Positions 13,885-27,830 of a stretch of DNA of 64,000 nucleotides are shown here, piece after piece. This DNA is from Lama guanicoe (Eukaryota). The notes beneath the pieces are model-generated. The model was not told where the DNA came from, made no database searches, and saw nothing but the letters and a program-made list of their open reading frames with translations. The position numbers and the translations under genes are program-made. The stretch's first letter is position 1, and each line of letters starts with the position of its first letter. The stretch is taken from assembly GCA_013239625.1 (NCBI GenBank), contig MU054117.1, forward strand, positions 4,640,677 to 4,704,676, given 5' to 3'.

Positions 13885-13918
13885 GATAGATAGGTAGGTA
13901 GGTAGATAGGTATGTAGT

Positions 13919-13954
<36 letters not shown>

Positions 13955-13960
13955 AAGATA
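13885..13960 (+). repeat. (TAGA/TAGG)n tetranucleotide microsatellite
   Basis: Directly visible tandem GATA/GGTA units. Confidence 0.95.
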
Positions 13961-14510
13961 TTTATAAACTCTGAACAAAATATAAAAAACAATTTTTCGA
14001 ATACATTGAAGAGTAATCAAAATGGTAAAAAGTGGAAGAGATTTAGTGCTTAAAAGAAAGGGAACACATGGGGTGAGATCCACATTTAACTGGCTTTTTA
14101 AACAGATTTTCTTGAGGTGCACAGTGGGGAGCTGGGGCTAGAGCTTGAGAAGAAATCTATGGTCTCACTAAGGAAGTCAGAATTTGGCACTGTCAGACCA
14201 GCTGGAAATTGATGGACACTCTCAGAAAAGAAGGAACAAGAGGAGAGCCCCCAAATCAGCATACAAATGCCTTCAAATCCGTAGCTGACTCCTGAACTGT
14301 GGAGCAAGATTCCAAGGAGCTGGTCACACAAGGAATGTCCATCCTTCATCAGGCCTGGTTTAAGACTGACCAGGGAGTGACAAGGGTGCCAATATAATTC
14401 AAATGGGAAAGAATAGTCTTTTCAACAAATGATGCTGGAAAAATTGGATGTCCACATGCAAAAGAATTAAGTTCAACCCCATCTCACTCCATATACAAAA
14501 ATTAACTCTG

Positions 14511-14612
14511 AGGGTGTGCGGGGTATAGCTCAGTGGTAGAGCACATGCTTAGTATGCACAAGGTCCTGGGTTCAATCTCCAGTACCTCCGTTAAAAAGAA
14601 AAAGAAAAAGAA
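14511..14612 (+). mobile_element. tRNA-derived SINE (Vic-1 type) inserted in L1
   Basis: GGGTATAGCTCAGTGGTAGAG...GGGTTCAATC plus A tail; flanking AA(T)TAACTC direct repeat. Confidence 0.85.
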
Positions 14613-14895
14613 ATAACTCAAAGTGGATAAAATACCTAAATGCAAGAGACAAAAACATAAAATTCTTTGAAGAAACACAGGAGTAATCCATAGTACCCCT
14701 TAGGTTAGGCAGCGGCTTCTTAGACAATGACAGCAAAAGAGAAAATAGCATAATTGGACTTCATCAAAATTAAAACCTTTTGTGCTTCAAAGAACACCAC
14801 CAAGAAAGCAAAATGACTACTTACAGAATGGGACAAAATATTTGCAAATCATAGATCTGATAAGGAACTTGTATTTGGAACATATAAAGAACTTC

Positions 14896-15421
14896 ACATG
14901 GAAACAACCTAAATGTCCATTGAGAGATGACTGGATAAAGAAGTTGTGGTATATTTATGCAATGGAATACTACTCAGCCATAAAAAGAATAAAATACTGC
15001 CATTTGCAGCAACATGGATGGACCTGGAGATTGTCATTCTAAATGAAGTAAGCCAGAAAGAGAAAGAAAAATACTATATGATATCACTTATATGTGGAAT
15101 CTAAAAAAAAGACAAATGAACTTATTTACAGAGCAGAAACAGACTCACAGACATAGAAAACAAACTTATAGTTACCAGAGGGGGGAGGGGTGGGAAGAAA
15201 TAAATTAGGAGTTCAAAATTTGCAGGTACTAACTCCTATACATAAAATAGATAAACAACAAATTTATACTGTATAGCACAGGGAACTATATTCAGTATCT
15301 TGTAGTAATCTATAATGAAAAAGAGTATGAAAACGAATAAATGTATGTATATATTACTGAACTATTATGCTGTACACCAGAAATTGACACAACATTGTAA
15401 ATTGACTGTATTTCAATAAAA
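14896..15421 (+). mobile_element. 5'-truncated lineage-specific L1 3' end nested in an older L1
   Basis: Target-site duplication AAAGAACTTC at 14886-14895 and 15422-15431; same 3' UTR family as 60978-61200 and 63591-64000. Confidence 0.85.
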
Positions 15422-16715
15422 AAAGAACTTCTACAACATAATAATAAATGGACAAACAACCCAATTTAAAAACGGGTGTCAACCTGAAACTGCTCTAAAA
15501 GAATAAAGCCTATTTTTTAAAAAATGGATAAGGATTTGTACAGACATTTCTCTAAAGAAGATACACAAATGGCCAGCAAGCACATGAGAAGATGTTCAAC
15601 ATCATTAGACATCAAAGAAATGCAATGAGTTTGATTAGGATGGCTAATAACAAGTGTCGGTGAGAAGCAGAGAAACTGGAAACCTCCTACGCTGCTGGTG
15701 AGAAAAGAAAATGCAGCCATTTTGGAAAACAGTCTAGCAGCTCCTAAAAAGGTTAAACATGAGTTACCGTATGACCCAACAATCCTGCTCCTACTTACAG
15801 ACACAAGAGAAATAAAAACATATGTCCACCAAAAAAATTGTACAGAAGTGTTACTAGCAGCATTGTTAATAATAGCCAAAAAGTAGAAATAAGCCAAATG
15901 GCCGTCGACTGATAAATAGATTTAATATATCCATACAATGGAGTATCACTTAGCAGTACAAAGGAACGAAGTACAACATGGATAAACCTCGAGAGCATGA
16001 TGCTAAGGGGAAGAAGCCAGTCACAAAGGACTGCATAGTGTAAGACGCCATCTATCTGAAATGTTGAGAATAAGCAAATCCACTGGGACAGAAGGTAGAT
16101 GGCCTGTTGCTTAGGGCCGGGAGGGTGTCGGGGAGAATGAGGGGTGATGGCTAAGGGAGGAGGGACTTCTCTTTTGGAGTAATGATGAAAATGTTAAAAA
16201 ATTGGACTGTGGTGATGGCTTCACAATTCTGTGAATATACTAAAAACCATTGACTTGTATGCATTAAATGGCTCAATTATATGTTATGGGGATTATATCT
16301 CAAAAAGCTGTTTTTAAAAATGTTAATAAAACTGTTCATGTGAAATAGTCTTACAATGGGATATTATTTGGCAATAAAAAGGAAGGAAGTACTGGTATAC
16401 CACCCAACATGGTTGAACCTTGGAAGTATTGTGCTAAGTGAAAGAAGCCAATCACGAAAAACCAGACATCATATGACTCCATTTATGTGAAATATCCACA
16501 AAAGGCAAATCCATAAAGACAGAAAGTAGATTCGGGGTTGCCCAGGGCTGGGGAGGTGGAGAGAAACGGGGAGTGACAGCTAATGGCCAGGGGGTTTCTT
16601 TGGGGGATGACAAAAATGTTCTAAAATTGTGGTGGTGGTTGCACAACTCTGTGAATATACTAAACACCTCTGAACTGTACATTTCAAATGGGTGAGTTAT
16701 ATGGTATGTGAATTA

Positions 16716-17131
16716 CAGGCAGATCTCATTATGTTGCACTTTGCTTTATTGCACTTTGCAGGTATTGTACTTTTACAAAATTGAAGGTTTTTGGCGACCC
16801 TGAATCAAGCAGGACTGTCAGCGCCATTTTCCCAACAGCATTTGCTAGTTGCTGGTCTCTGTGTCACATTTCGGTAGTTCTCACAATATTTTAAACCCTC
16901 CAACAGCAAAGAAATTACAACTCACTGAAGGCTCAGAGTTTTTTAAATTAAGGTATGTACATTGCTTTTTTTAGACAATGCCATTACACACTTAATAGTC
17001 TGCAGTATAATGTAAACACAGCTTTCATATGCACTGGGAAATCGAAAAATCCCTGTGACTCTCTCTACTGTGACATTCACTTTATTGCGGTGGTCTGGAA
17101 CCAAACCCACAATATCTCCAAGGTACGCCTG
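16716..17131 (+). mobile_element. Tigger1-derived DNA transposon
   Basis: TA|CAGGCAGATCTC...AATATCTCCAAGGTACGCCTG termini; paralogous to 1187-1618. Confidence 0.8.
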
Positions 17132-20100
17132 AAGGTCTCAAAGCTGTTACCAAAAAAAGAGAGAGAAACTGACCCAGAAGCACAGACACCACCGTATCAG
17201 TTGGAGGCAAGTTCAGAGCCTGTGGGGAGTGAGTTGACTGCCCTTGGAGCATGGGTGTGACACGGCTGAAGGATGGCCACCCCCTTGAATGCTACAGAGA
17301 GGAGGCAGTACCATGGTAGCAATGCAGACAGAGGAGAGCTGACCCACAACCCCCACAAACGACTCAAGCACGAGGGTTGGCAATAGGCTGTATGTATCAA
17401 CATCCCAGAGCCCCGGACTTGTCCTGTGTGAAGTTGAGTCACCCAAAATCAGTGCAGCAGCACCGTTCTGAGGGTGGAGACCCAGCAGGACCAGGGGTGG
17501 CCGGGAGGCACCCTGCCCAGATGGCACTGTCAGGCTGCCTGGTCCAAGGCATTAGAGGAGGACTTAGAAGTGTTTGAGGAAGGCACTGCAAAGCACGGGC
17601 CTCCCTGAGGTGTGGGGCCCTTGACAGCCTTGCTTCTGTCAGTGGGCAGTACTGCAGACGGTACAAACAGAAAACAAGCAACAAGAGGGTGGACACAATA
17701 GGGTGATGGAACTATTCCATAACTTGATTGGAACAGTGGTTCTATGGGTGTACACAAATGTCAAAATTAATCAAACTGTATACTTAAAATCTATGTGTTT
17801 TATTGCATGTAAGTTACACTTGAAAACAAATGTCAGACTTCTTTAAAAAAAAAAAAGCTCTTTTCAGGGACTTCTGCACCCCACCACATTGCAAATCTTC
17901 CTAGATGATATCATCAGAGATGAAGGTGCACAATGATCTATCTCTAGGGCGTTAAGATTTAGGGACTGTCCTGTTAACTTATCTATTAAACAGCCAGAGC
18001 TGGTTGGATGGCCTGACTTGGGTTAAGATGCTCTGTTATAATTTCATTTGTTATTATTACGTAAGTAAGACCTAGTATTATGGGAAAAAAATAATAAGAT
18101 TCAAGGTTAGCAAAAAGTATAAAATAAAAGTCACCCATCATCACATCCCTTTAAATGTTAATCACTCCTGTGCCCTACCAGGTATAAATTCTTCTATACA
18201 TTTACAAAAACAGCATTATGCAGGATGCGGCTTAAACTGCTTATTTCATTGAATAATGTATTGTGAACCTTTATCTCTATTAATATATATACTTTAAAAA
18301 CATTATTACAGTCGCTATTTTGTATTCCATCATTTATAATACAGTCTACTTACCCAGTCTCTTATTGCTGGACATTTGGATTGTTTCCTTTTACAAAAAA
18401 TGTTTGCTATTATAAAATTTTTTCACAGACCATCCTTACAGCTAAATCTTTGCACACATCTTCAGTTATTTCCCTAGGATAGATTCCTAGACGTGGAATT
18501 GTTGAGTTAAAGAGGGTGGGCATTTTTAAGGCTTTGACGTCAGACAGCCCTGACCTTGAACTCTGGCTTACGGCATGGAGCCTTAGGCAAATCACTTTGG
18601 GTGATGAGTTTTGCCCTGGGCTCCTTCTTCTCCCTCTATCTGCTACTTGTCACATTTTACACTTTGCGAATTTGGTCTTGCACCCTTCCTCGACTATACA
18701 CCCCAAGGGCAAGGCCAGTGTATATTCCTCGCCGTATCCTCACCAGCACCCAGAACCGAGCTCACCATCTAATTAGAGGGAATCTGGTGCTGCAGAAGGA
18801 GTAATGATCTGGACAGAAGACACCCAGGGTCCATTCCCAGCATCATCACTGCCAACGTTATGGCCAAAGCAAAAGCCCTTCATGACCTGGCCTCACTCAC
18901 CTGCCCAGACTCACCTGTCCAGACTCATCACCTCTCCCTCTGCTTTTACACCAGCAATTCTGGGTCAGTGGGTCTCAGAGCACACTTTGCTCTCATGCAT
19001 TTCTATGCCTTTGCCCACATCTCCAGACTGGTAGTCCTTACTGTGCCTTTATGAAATTTAGGAAAAAGTATGCCTTCTTCCCAGTGGAATGCAGGCTGGC
19101 TTTCCGGCCCTGCTCGTACTGCGGCCTGGCAACGTATTGCATGGACCAACCTGCATATCATTCCCAAAGCCTGGAACAAACACAGCCGGCCCACCTGGCA
19201 ACCTCCTACTCAAACACCAAGTCTCAGCTCGACCTCGACCTCCTCTGTGAAGTCATCTCACTCTGGCAGATGTAGTGCTTTTGGAATAGCCTCCATTAAA
19301 GCAATTATCGTTACTGAATTATGGTTGCTTGCCTATATACCTCTTACACCCATTAGATTATTCTCAGTGCTCATTCCTCTTTTATTCCTCATACAAAGTC
19401 CAGTTCCTGACACATAGGAAGTGATCAACAAACTTGAATGAATGAATGAGTGGTATTTTACCTCCCTGGTCCTCATGATGCTTGACTGAGAATAAAGGAA
19501 TCAGAAAAAGAGATGCCTGACATTGCTGCCAACTCCAGAACTCTCTTTTCCAATATGCATTAAGTAACTAGTTGGTGAGCAAATGAAAAGAATCGAATCC
19601 AACTAAAAGAAAACCCCTTTAAAAAGGTGCAACCTAAAGGGACATGGATCAGTTTAAGTTCTACTCTGAAAGCAGGTTATATAAATTTTTTGAATCTCTT
19701 AGATAATCTGTCTTGCCTCTGAGACTTTTCAGAGACATTTCAGACCATCTGAAACACAGTTTAAGAGGAATTGCTTTAGGAAACCCAGAGACTGGCTTAC
19801 TTTTCACTTCGTTATGTGAATTAACTACGCCTGTTATTTATCTTTCTCAGATACTTTCACAAAAGGAATGACTGTTTTTCTACACAAGGGAGCTCTTTGG
19901 CCTCTTTGAAGCTAATGTTACTTCTCTCAAGAGAGGAAATTTTACCCTGGGTCCTACCTCCTTCTCCAGAGATATTGTCCTCAAGGGGACAGTGTTGGTC
20001 TCCCCAGAAAGGCAGCAAATCTATTCAAGGGCATCAAGCGTCTGAGAGACGAACAGAAGCAGAGGTCAGGAGCAGCGGCTTTTGCAGACCATCCCCTGAA

Positions 20101-21255
20101 TCCCCAAAGAGTGCACGAACTCTCTGAAATCCTATTCACAACTCTGTGTGCATGTGCATTCTCCAAAGACAGATAGACATCTTTCTTCAGATTCTCAGAG
20201 GAGCCCTTTGACCCCAAAGAAGCTGATAAGAACCACTAGAGTGGTCTAGAGTCTGGGCTAAAATAGGCTGGGAAGTACAGGGGATTTTAAGATCTGATAA
20301 TACCCTTTTGGGTCATACTGAAGACAGATTCCTCAACAGCAACAGACTGGAGTCTTTGGGACGGAGTCCCTCCGCCCATACCAGTGGCCCTCCTTCAGGG
20401 GCTTCCCCAAATCCCTAGGACTCACTGAAACCCAGCCTGCTCTGCAGACACAGGAAAGCTCTAGGGGGACGTCAGGTGCCTGGGACCCCTGCACTGATGT
20501 TTTAACAATGATGGCCTTAAAGGCAAAGACTGGATTCTGAGAGGGCGTGGGACCCTCTAAAGACCAGAATCACTATCCTGCCGCAAGGGGGCACCCAAAG
20601 CCCAGACAGATGGTACAAGAGCATCTTTGCCTCTGCTCAAATCAGGAGTGTGACTCAGGAAAGCAGAGAAGCTTCTCCAGCTATGAGCCAAAGCTTGAAG
20701 CTCCTGGGTATACAATCGGCCCATAAAGCCCTTCTACCTATGCTCAGTGTCCCCCAGGAGGCCTCATTGCTCCTTTCAGTGCAACGTTTGTGTGTTCTTG
20801 CTGGCTTCATCCTTTCCCTGGAGGTGACCCTGCACCTTCCTCGGGTTCTGCCCTGAATGTGTAATTTGAATTGTGAAGATCTTGATCCAGGATGAACGCA
20901 GCGCGCAAGCTTCTGCTCCCCACTCCCCAGATCAGTCCTGGGCCTGCGGGGTCCTCGCTCAGGGCTCAGTCTTCAGTGTGATTTCAGGGTTATGAGCAGA
21001 GCCCTGGAGAGGTCTGCAGATGCCCTTGCGACATCATTAAAACAGCTCTAGAGTTGTGACCTGCTCACGCAAGAAGAATAAAAGGATCCAGTATTCACTG
21101 AGGCCTAAGGGAAGAGTTACCAAAAATAGCTGCACTTGAGTGGAGATCCCAGACTAGCAAGGACTGCAGCAAGGGTGCACCCAGAAGGCAGGATGCAAAT
21201 CTAAACCCAGCAGAAGGGTACCGACGTAGACAAAATCAAAAATACTCCATGTACC

Positions 21256-21340
21256 GGGGGTGAGTATAGCTCTGTGGTAGATTTTATGCGTGGCATGTGC
21301 AAGGTCCTGGTTTCAATCCCCAGTACCTCCATTTAAAAAA
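21256..21340 (+). mobile_element. tRNA-derived SINE (Vic-1 type, diverged)
   Basis: GTATAGCTCTGTGGTAG...GGTTTCAATCCCCAGTACCTCC plus A tail. Confidence 0.8.
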
Positions 21341-21584
21341 GTATTAAACTTATAATGGAATTGAGGAGTTTAAAACATTTCAGGAAACTTAGTGTACTCT
21401 ATCAAGAAGACTTACCTAAACCTATGTGGGCCCTCCTAGCCACAAATCTCTGGCAAATGGACAGCTTAAGTCTTCTTGAGATGGTAATCACGGATCATGG
21501 TCATACATTGTCCACCTGAGATACTAAAACTGTTCGCTTAGAAGGCAGGTGTTCTTTTCACTCCAGGAAGACTTGGAATTAACG

Positions 21585-22150
21585 TGGTGACATTGTAATG
21601 TGTCAGCTTAGCTAAGAAGAAACCACATTTCTTCGAACTCCCTCCCTTATGCTTCCAGGTTAGGGTCAGCCACGAGAGAATCGTGTGAGGTTTGGAAGGT
21701 GGAGAGGTAGAACTGAAGCAGAGGCCCTCATTCTGAAGGTCAGCGTGGGTGCTAGGCGGCTGCAGTCCATGCATCATTGCTGCTCTGCTGATTCACTTTG
21801 TCCGGTCCTGCAGGGCTTCCTCCTCCTGTCGGATCTTCGCCTTCAGCTGCGCCAATTTCAGGGCCAGGCATGGGAGCATCTCCATGGCGGAAGGTGCCAG
21901 GTCCTTCTGCAGACAGCCCAAGTCATCCAGGCTGGAGGTGGTAAGGGACAGATGCAGGCTCCACTTGGTCCTTCCAAGCTCTCCCCTACTGGCCAACTCT
22001 GTCTAATGTAACTCCTTTGGAACCCTGGAGTCTGTTGAAGACTTGCAATGTCCGGGAAAGATGTGGAGGGTAGATTATGGTTCATTTTGGTTAATTTTGG
22101 CCATTAACCCACCCCTTATCCCCAGTCAGGTGACAGGCAGCTGTGCTTGT
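21585..22150. mobile_element. Old ERVL-type LTR remnant
   Basis: LTR-like motifs (ACATTTC...CCCT...TTCCAGGTTAGGGT..GCCAC.AGAGA; CACCCCTTATCCC); subfamily not determined. Confidence 0.45.
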
Positions 22151-22419
22151 GTTCCTGGAGCAGCTGGCACACAGCTTGGGGAAGCCAGGGTGGGCAAAAA
22201 AGACCCTGTCTTCTAAATATTGGGGATCTATGCCCTGATTGTTGATTGCTGCTCCCAATCACAGAGCAGCAGACAAAGAGGCCAGCAGCCATTGTTGTTG
22301 CATCTCCCCGTCTTGTTACAAGCCCCTCCCCCTGCAGCTGATGTGACTTGGCAGTGGGAGGGGGGTACTTAAAGGGCCAGTGCCCTTCCCCTCCATGTTT
22401 TTCTGTTTTCCTTTTTCAG

Positions 22420-25400
22420 GAGCCAGACATGAAAGACTAGGATATTCAAAAACAACTACAAATATGGGGGAAACTAGAAAGTGACAATGTATGCCTAGCT
22501 AAGGAAAGGCTCAGAAAAAGCCTGAGAAGACCTTAAGCTTATACCGAAAACTGGTCCTCAGCACAGAAAAAGCCTACAACAATCCAAATGAATAAATAAA
22601 TAAACAATAAGAATAACAAAAGCAACAAGCCCTGGGTAAGCGGGAGAATCTAATTTCCAGAGTTAACATGTTATTGGAGTCAAATATCCTGTGATCAACA
22701 ACGACAGAAACTCACAAGGCACACAAAGTCACAGGAAAGTGTGGCCAAGGGAAAAGATAGACCAACAGAACCTGCCCCTGAAAAAGACCTCCTGGAAGAT
22801 CTATCAGACAAAGACTTTAAAACAACTGTCTTAAAGATGCTCAAAAAACTAAAGGAAAGATGTGGAGAATGTCAAGAAAACCATGTATAAACAAAATGGA
22901 AATAAGAATAAAGAAATAGAAAATGTAAAGATAACTTAAAAGAAATTCTGGAGCTGAAGAGTACAATAACTGAAATGAAAAATTCACTGGATGGGTTCAG
23001 AGGCAAATTTGAGCAAGCAAAGAAGGAGTCAGAGAACTTGAAGATAGGACAATGGAAATATCAAGTCTAAGGAAAGGGGGGGTGGGGGGAAGGACTGAAG
23101 AAAAGAAAACAAAGCCTGAGGGACCTGCAGGAAACCATGAAGAGGATCAGCCTACACGTCATGGGAGCCCCTGAAGGCCGAGAGAGAGAGAAAGTGGCAG
23201 ATAGATCATCTGAAGAAATAATGGCTTGAAAACTTCTCAGATTTGATGCCAAGACATAAATATAAACATCCAAGAAGTTCAATAAATGCCAGATAAGATG
23301 GACTCCAAGAGGCCCACATTGATACACATTATAATCAAACATTCAAAAGGCAAAGACAAAGAGAGAGTCTTGAAAGCAGCAGGAGAAAAGCAGATCATCA
23401 TGCACAGGGGACACTCAGTAATGTTATCAGTGTATTTCTCATCAGAAACTTCGGAGGCCAGAAGATGGTGGGCCAATGCATTCGAAGTGCTAAGAGAAAA
23501 AAAATAACAACAGAGAATACTATATCTAGCAAAACTGTCCTTCAAAAGTGAGGGAGAAATTAAGACATTCCAAGATAAACAAAAGCTGTGGGAAACCATG
23601 CCAGTTAGACCTGCCCTGCAAGAAATGCTCAAGGGGGTCCTGCAAGGTGAAATAAAAGGACACTAGACAAAAACTCAAAGCTACATGGAGAAATAAAGAT
23701 CTCAGTAAAGGCAAATATGTGGGCAATTAGAAAAGCTGGTATTATCCTAAGAGTGGTTTGTAACTGCACCTTTTGTTTTCTACAAGATTTAAAAGACTAA
23801 TACTTGAAAGAAAAACAATTATTAATGTAAAAGCTAGTATTACTGAAACCTTGAAGTGTGACCTCAAGTCTTGTTTTCTACATAATTTAAGAGACTAATG
23901 CATTTAAAAGAATTATTAGTTTATGTTTTGGGGTACACAATGTATAAAATGTAATTCTGTGACATCAGTAAATGAAAAGATGTGGAGATGGTGCTGTAAA
24001 GGAGCGCAGTTTTGTGTGTTATTTAAATTAAGCTGGTATAAATTCAAACCATAGTGTTATAACCTTAGGATGTTAAATGTAATCCATATGGTAACCACAA
24101 AGAAAACAACTATAGAATACACACAAAAGAAAATGAGAAAGGAATATAAATATTTCATTACAAAAAATCAACTAAACGCAAAAAAAGACAGGAATGCAGA
24201 AAATAAGGGAGGAATAGCTATGAGGCATATAGAAAATAAATAGCACAATGACAGAAGTAAGTCCCTCCTTATCAGTAATTACCTTAAATGTACATGGATT
24301 AAGTTCTCCAATAAAAAGACAGAGATTTGCAGAATGGATAAAAACACATGACTCAACTATGTGCTGTCTACAAGAGACTCACTTGAGATCCAAAGACATA
24401 AACAGATAGAAAGTGAAAAGATGAAAAAGATACTTCATGCAAATAGTAACAAAAACAAAGCAAGAGTGGCTACACTAATATCAGACAAAATAAGACTTTA
24501 AATCAAAAAAGTTTACAAGAGACAAAGGACATTATAAATTAATAAAAGGTTCAATGTAGCAAGAAGATACAATCATTATAAACATATATGTACCTAATGA
24601 CAGACCATCAAAATATATACAAACAAAAACGGACAAAACTGAAGGGAGAAATAAACAGTTCTACAGTAATAGCTGGAGAAGTCAAGACCCCCCTCACAAT
24701 TATGACAGAACAACCAGACAAAAGATAAGTAAGGAAATAGCGAAGTTAACACAGTACATCAGCTGGGCCTAACAGACATACACAGAACACTACCCAGCAA
24801 CAACAGCATACGCATTCTTAACTACACATGTAACATTTTCCAGGATAGGCCATATGTTAGACAACAAATTAAGTCTCAGTAGAATTTAAAAGGTAGATAT
24901 ATAAGATATCTTCTTGGATCACAATGGAATGAAGTTAGGAATTAGTAACAAAAGGAAAACTATAAAATTCACAATATTGTGGAAATTAAATAACATATTT
25001 TTAAACAACCAATGGATCAAAGAGGAAATCATAAGGGAAATTAGAAAATACTTAGAGATAAATGCAAATGAAAACACAACATATCAAAACTGTGAGGATG
25101 CAGCGAATGTGTTTATAGCAATAAACACTTACATTAAAAAAGAAAACAAGATTTCAAATCAACAACCTAACTTTACAACTTAAGGAACTAGAAGAAAGAA
25201 GAACAAACTAGACCCAAAGCTAGCAGAAGAAGTAAATAATACAGATTAGGGTAGAGATAACGAAATAGAGAACAGAAAAACAATAGAGAAAATCAATGAA
25301 ACCAAAAGTTGGTTCTTCAAAAAGATCAACAAAATTGGCAAACATTTAGTTAGATGAACTAAGAGAAAAAGAAGAATCAAATTACTAAAATCAGAAATGA

Positions 25401-26405
25401 AAGTGGGGGCATTACTACCTATTTTACAGAAATAAAAAGGATTATAGGAGAGTACTATGAACAATTGTACAACAACAAATTAAGTAACCTAGACAAAATG
25501 AGTAAATTCTTAGAAACACAAAACCTACCAAGACTAAATCACAGAGAGACAGAAAATCACAAATGTGCAAAGAACTTGAATAGACATTTCTCCAAAGAAA
25601 ATAAACGAATGGTCAATAAGCATGTGAAAAGATGATCAACATCACTAATCATTAGGGAAATGCAGATCAAAACTACGATGAGACACCACCTCACACACAT
25701 TAGGATGGCTACTACCAAAAAAAATAGAAAATAAGTGTTGGAAAGAATGTGGAAAAATTGGAAACCTTGTGTACTGTTGGTAGGAATCTAAAATGGTACA
25801 GCCACTGTGGAAAATAGTATGATGGCTCCTAAAAAAGTTAAAAGTAGAATTACCATATGATCCAGCAATTACATTTGTGGGTATATACCCAAAAGAATTG
25901 AAAGCAGGGTCTATCCGGCTTTCAATTTGTATATCCATGTTTACAGCAGCATTATTCAATAGCTAAAATGTGGAAGCAACCCACGTGTCCATTGACAGAT
26001 GAATGAATAAGCAAAACATGGTATACACATAAAGTAGAATATTATTCAGCCTTAAAGAGGAAGGAAATTCTGCAATATGCTACAACATGGATGAACCTGA
26101 GGACATCATGCTAAGCAAAGCAAGCCTGTCACAAAAAGACAAAAACTGTACGATTCCACTTAGATGAGGTACTTAGAATAGTCAAAATCACAACAGAAAG
26201 TAGAAAAGGTGGTTGCCAGGGGCTAGGAGGAGGGGAGAATGGAATTTTTGTTTAATGGGTATAGTTTCAGTTTTACAAAATGAAAAGTGTTTCGGGGATG
26301 AATAGTGGTGATGGTTGCACAAAAATATGACTATTTAATACTATTGAACTGGATATCTAATTGTTAAGATTGTAATTTTGTTGCATACTTTATCACCATA
26401 AAAAA
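22420..26405 (+). mobile_element. Large decayed L1 with ORF1, ORF2 endonuclease region and 3' end; central RT region missing
   Basis: ORF1 peptide RPTLIHIIIKHSKGKDKERVLKAAGEK..SSETSEARRWW; ORF2 peptide DHNGMKLGISNKR..WKLNNIFLNNQWIKEEI; many stops and frameshifts. Confidence 0.9.
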
Positions 26406-27743
26406 TGCCCAATAAAAGTGAAGATCATTGTCTTTGTTTTACTCTATTATAGTCATACACAACCTATAGGTTGAAATGAAAGAAAAACAACAAGATTTAA
26501 AATGTTATTATATTCATAACAGAATAATAATTTATTTTTGAACTTAAAGAACATAAGGAAAACTAGATTTTGAAATTGACTATTTTAATAAACTAGTATT
26601 TGTTTAAAATTCCAGTAACTATGCACAGACTTTTTTTCTGTGCTCTCAAATATCAAAACACACGAATTTGCAATATCCTGTTTCTCGCAGCTGTACCTAG
26701 CCTGCCTGTCACATTGCTTTAGCATGAAAATGTGATAGGATCTCCTCAGCCACAGAAGCCTCCCCATCGCACTTCCTAAAGCTCCCGCTGCTAACTCGGG
26801 ACTCTAGTAAAGGTGAGATTTGTCCCATAAATCTCCTCCTGCTGCATTTCTTCACTGTTTCCCTTCCATTATGAGCTCTGCACCACTTCAGGAACCCTGA
26901 GCTCTCATACTGCCCCAACCCCAAGAAGGAAGGAACTTGATAATCAACTCATACGCCAAGGAACATTTACTGGCACCTTCTGCATCAAGCTCTGTGCTGG
27001 GTGTTGCCCCTGTGTTACCACACTGAACAGCTCACATCCACCCTGTGAGATCAGCATCAAAGATCCCATATTATAGTGGAAACACACTCACAGCTTGAGC
27101 AACTGGTGGCCCGCTAGTAAGCAACCACGCAGACAGACAGCCTTGGATGTGATCCAGGCAGCACAGATTGACCTTGAATAGTCCTCCACTTTTCAGAGTT
27201 TCACCATCTGGTTGATCCTCCCCAGACTCCTCTAAGCTCACCAGCCTCCAGGACCCTGCCCGTCACCCTCAAAGTTCCTCTATGTCAAAGATGCCCATCA
27301 AAGGAGGAAGGATTCTGGCCCAAGCCACAGGAAAGAGGGAAGGCTGCCCCAGCCTTTGACCTTCAGGAATGCCACCAGAGTCACCCCAAGGTCAGGGAAG
27401 CAGCTGTGAGAGATGGGGAGGCCCCTGCCTCCAAACCACTCTCTTCCTCTCCCAGTAAAGACGTCAGAAGCAAAGGGAGTGTGGGAAAGATGAGTCACAC
27501 ATGTTTCCCTTTGCATCACAGACTCAGACTCTCCATCTGTGACTTGAGATAAGTCACAGGTAAGCCCAAGCAATGGCCCACAGGATGTACTGGCCACACA
27601 CCTACACCCCAAGGCATCACCTTCCAACTCTGCAGAGAAAACAACTGCCTCCTTTAAAAGCCAAAGTGTTACATGAACAATGAACAATTTGAAACTGAAA
27701 CTAAGAAAATAATTCCATTTACAACAGCATCAAAAAATACAAT

Positions 27744-27830
27744 GGGGGGCAATAGCTCAGTGGTAGAACACTTGCTTGGCATGCATGAGGTCCTGGGTTC
27801 TATCCCCAGTACCTCCATTAAAAAATATAA
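27744..27830 (+). mobile_element. tRNA-derived SINE (Vic-1 type)
   Basis: ATAGCTCAGTGGTAGA...GTCCTGGGTTCTATCCCCAGTACCTCC plus A tail. Confidence 0.85.

Larger units (their letters stand above)
14375..16715 (+). mobile_element. L1 ORF2 3' part and 3' UTRs, with nested insertions
   Basis: Peptides ENSLAAPKKVKHELPYDPTILLL and WKQPKCP..DDWIKKLWYIY.MEYYSAIK are L1 ORF2 C-terminus; two consecutive L1 3' ends. Confidence 0.85.

Noticed and set aside
13667..14122. 151-aa ORF with YLSI repeats
   Set aside because: Translation of the (TAGA)n microsatellite.
14511..14612. tRNA-like sequences with A and B boxes (this and about 10 other copies) as tRNA genes
   Set aside because: They have A-rich tails and target-site duplications, are mutually diverged and sit inside other repeats, so they are SINEs.
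19590..20250. Possible processed pseudogene or DNA transposon in the intergenic region
   Set aside because: No recognisable translation, poly(A) tail or TSD; it cannot be classified without a search.
21793..21996. Minus-strand ORF with a coiled-coil-looking segment (LALKLAQLKAKIRQEEEALQ)
   Set aside because: Short, inside an LTR-like remnant, with no supporting exon structure or recognised family.
22420..26405. Possible intact or domesticated L1 gene
   Set aside because: Many stops and frameshifts, and the RT domain is missing.
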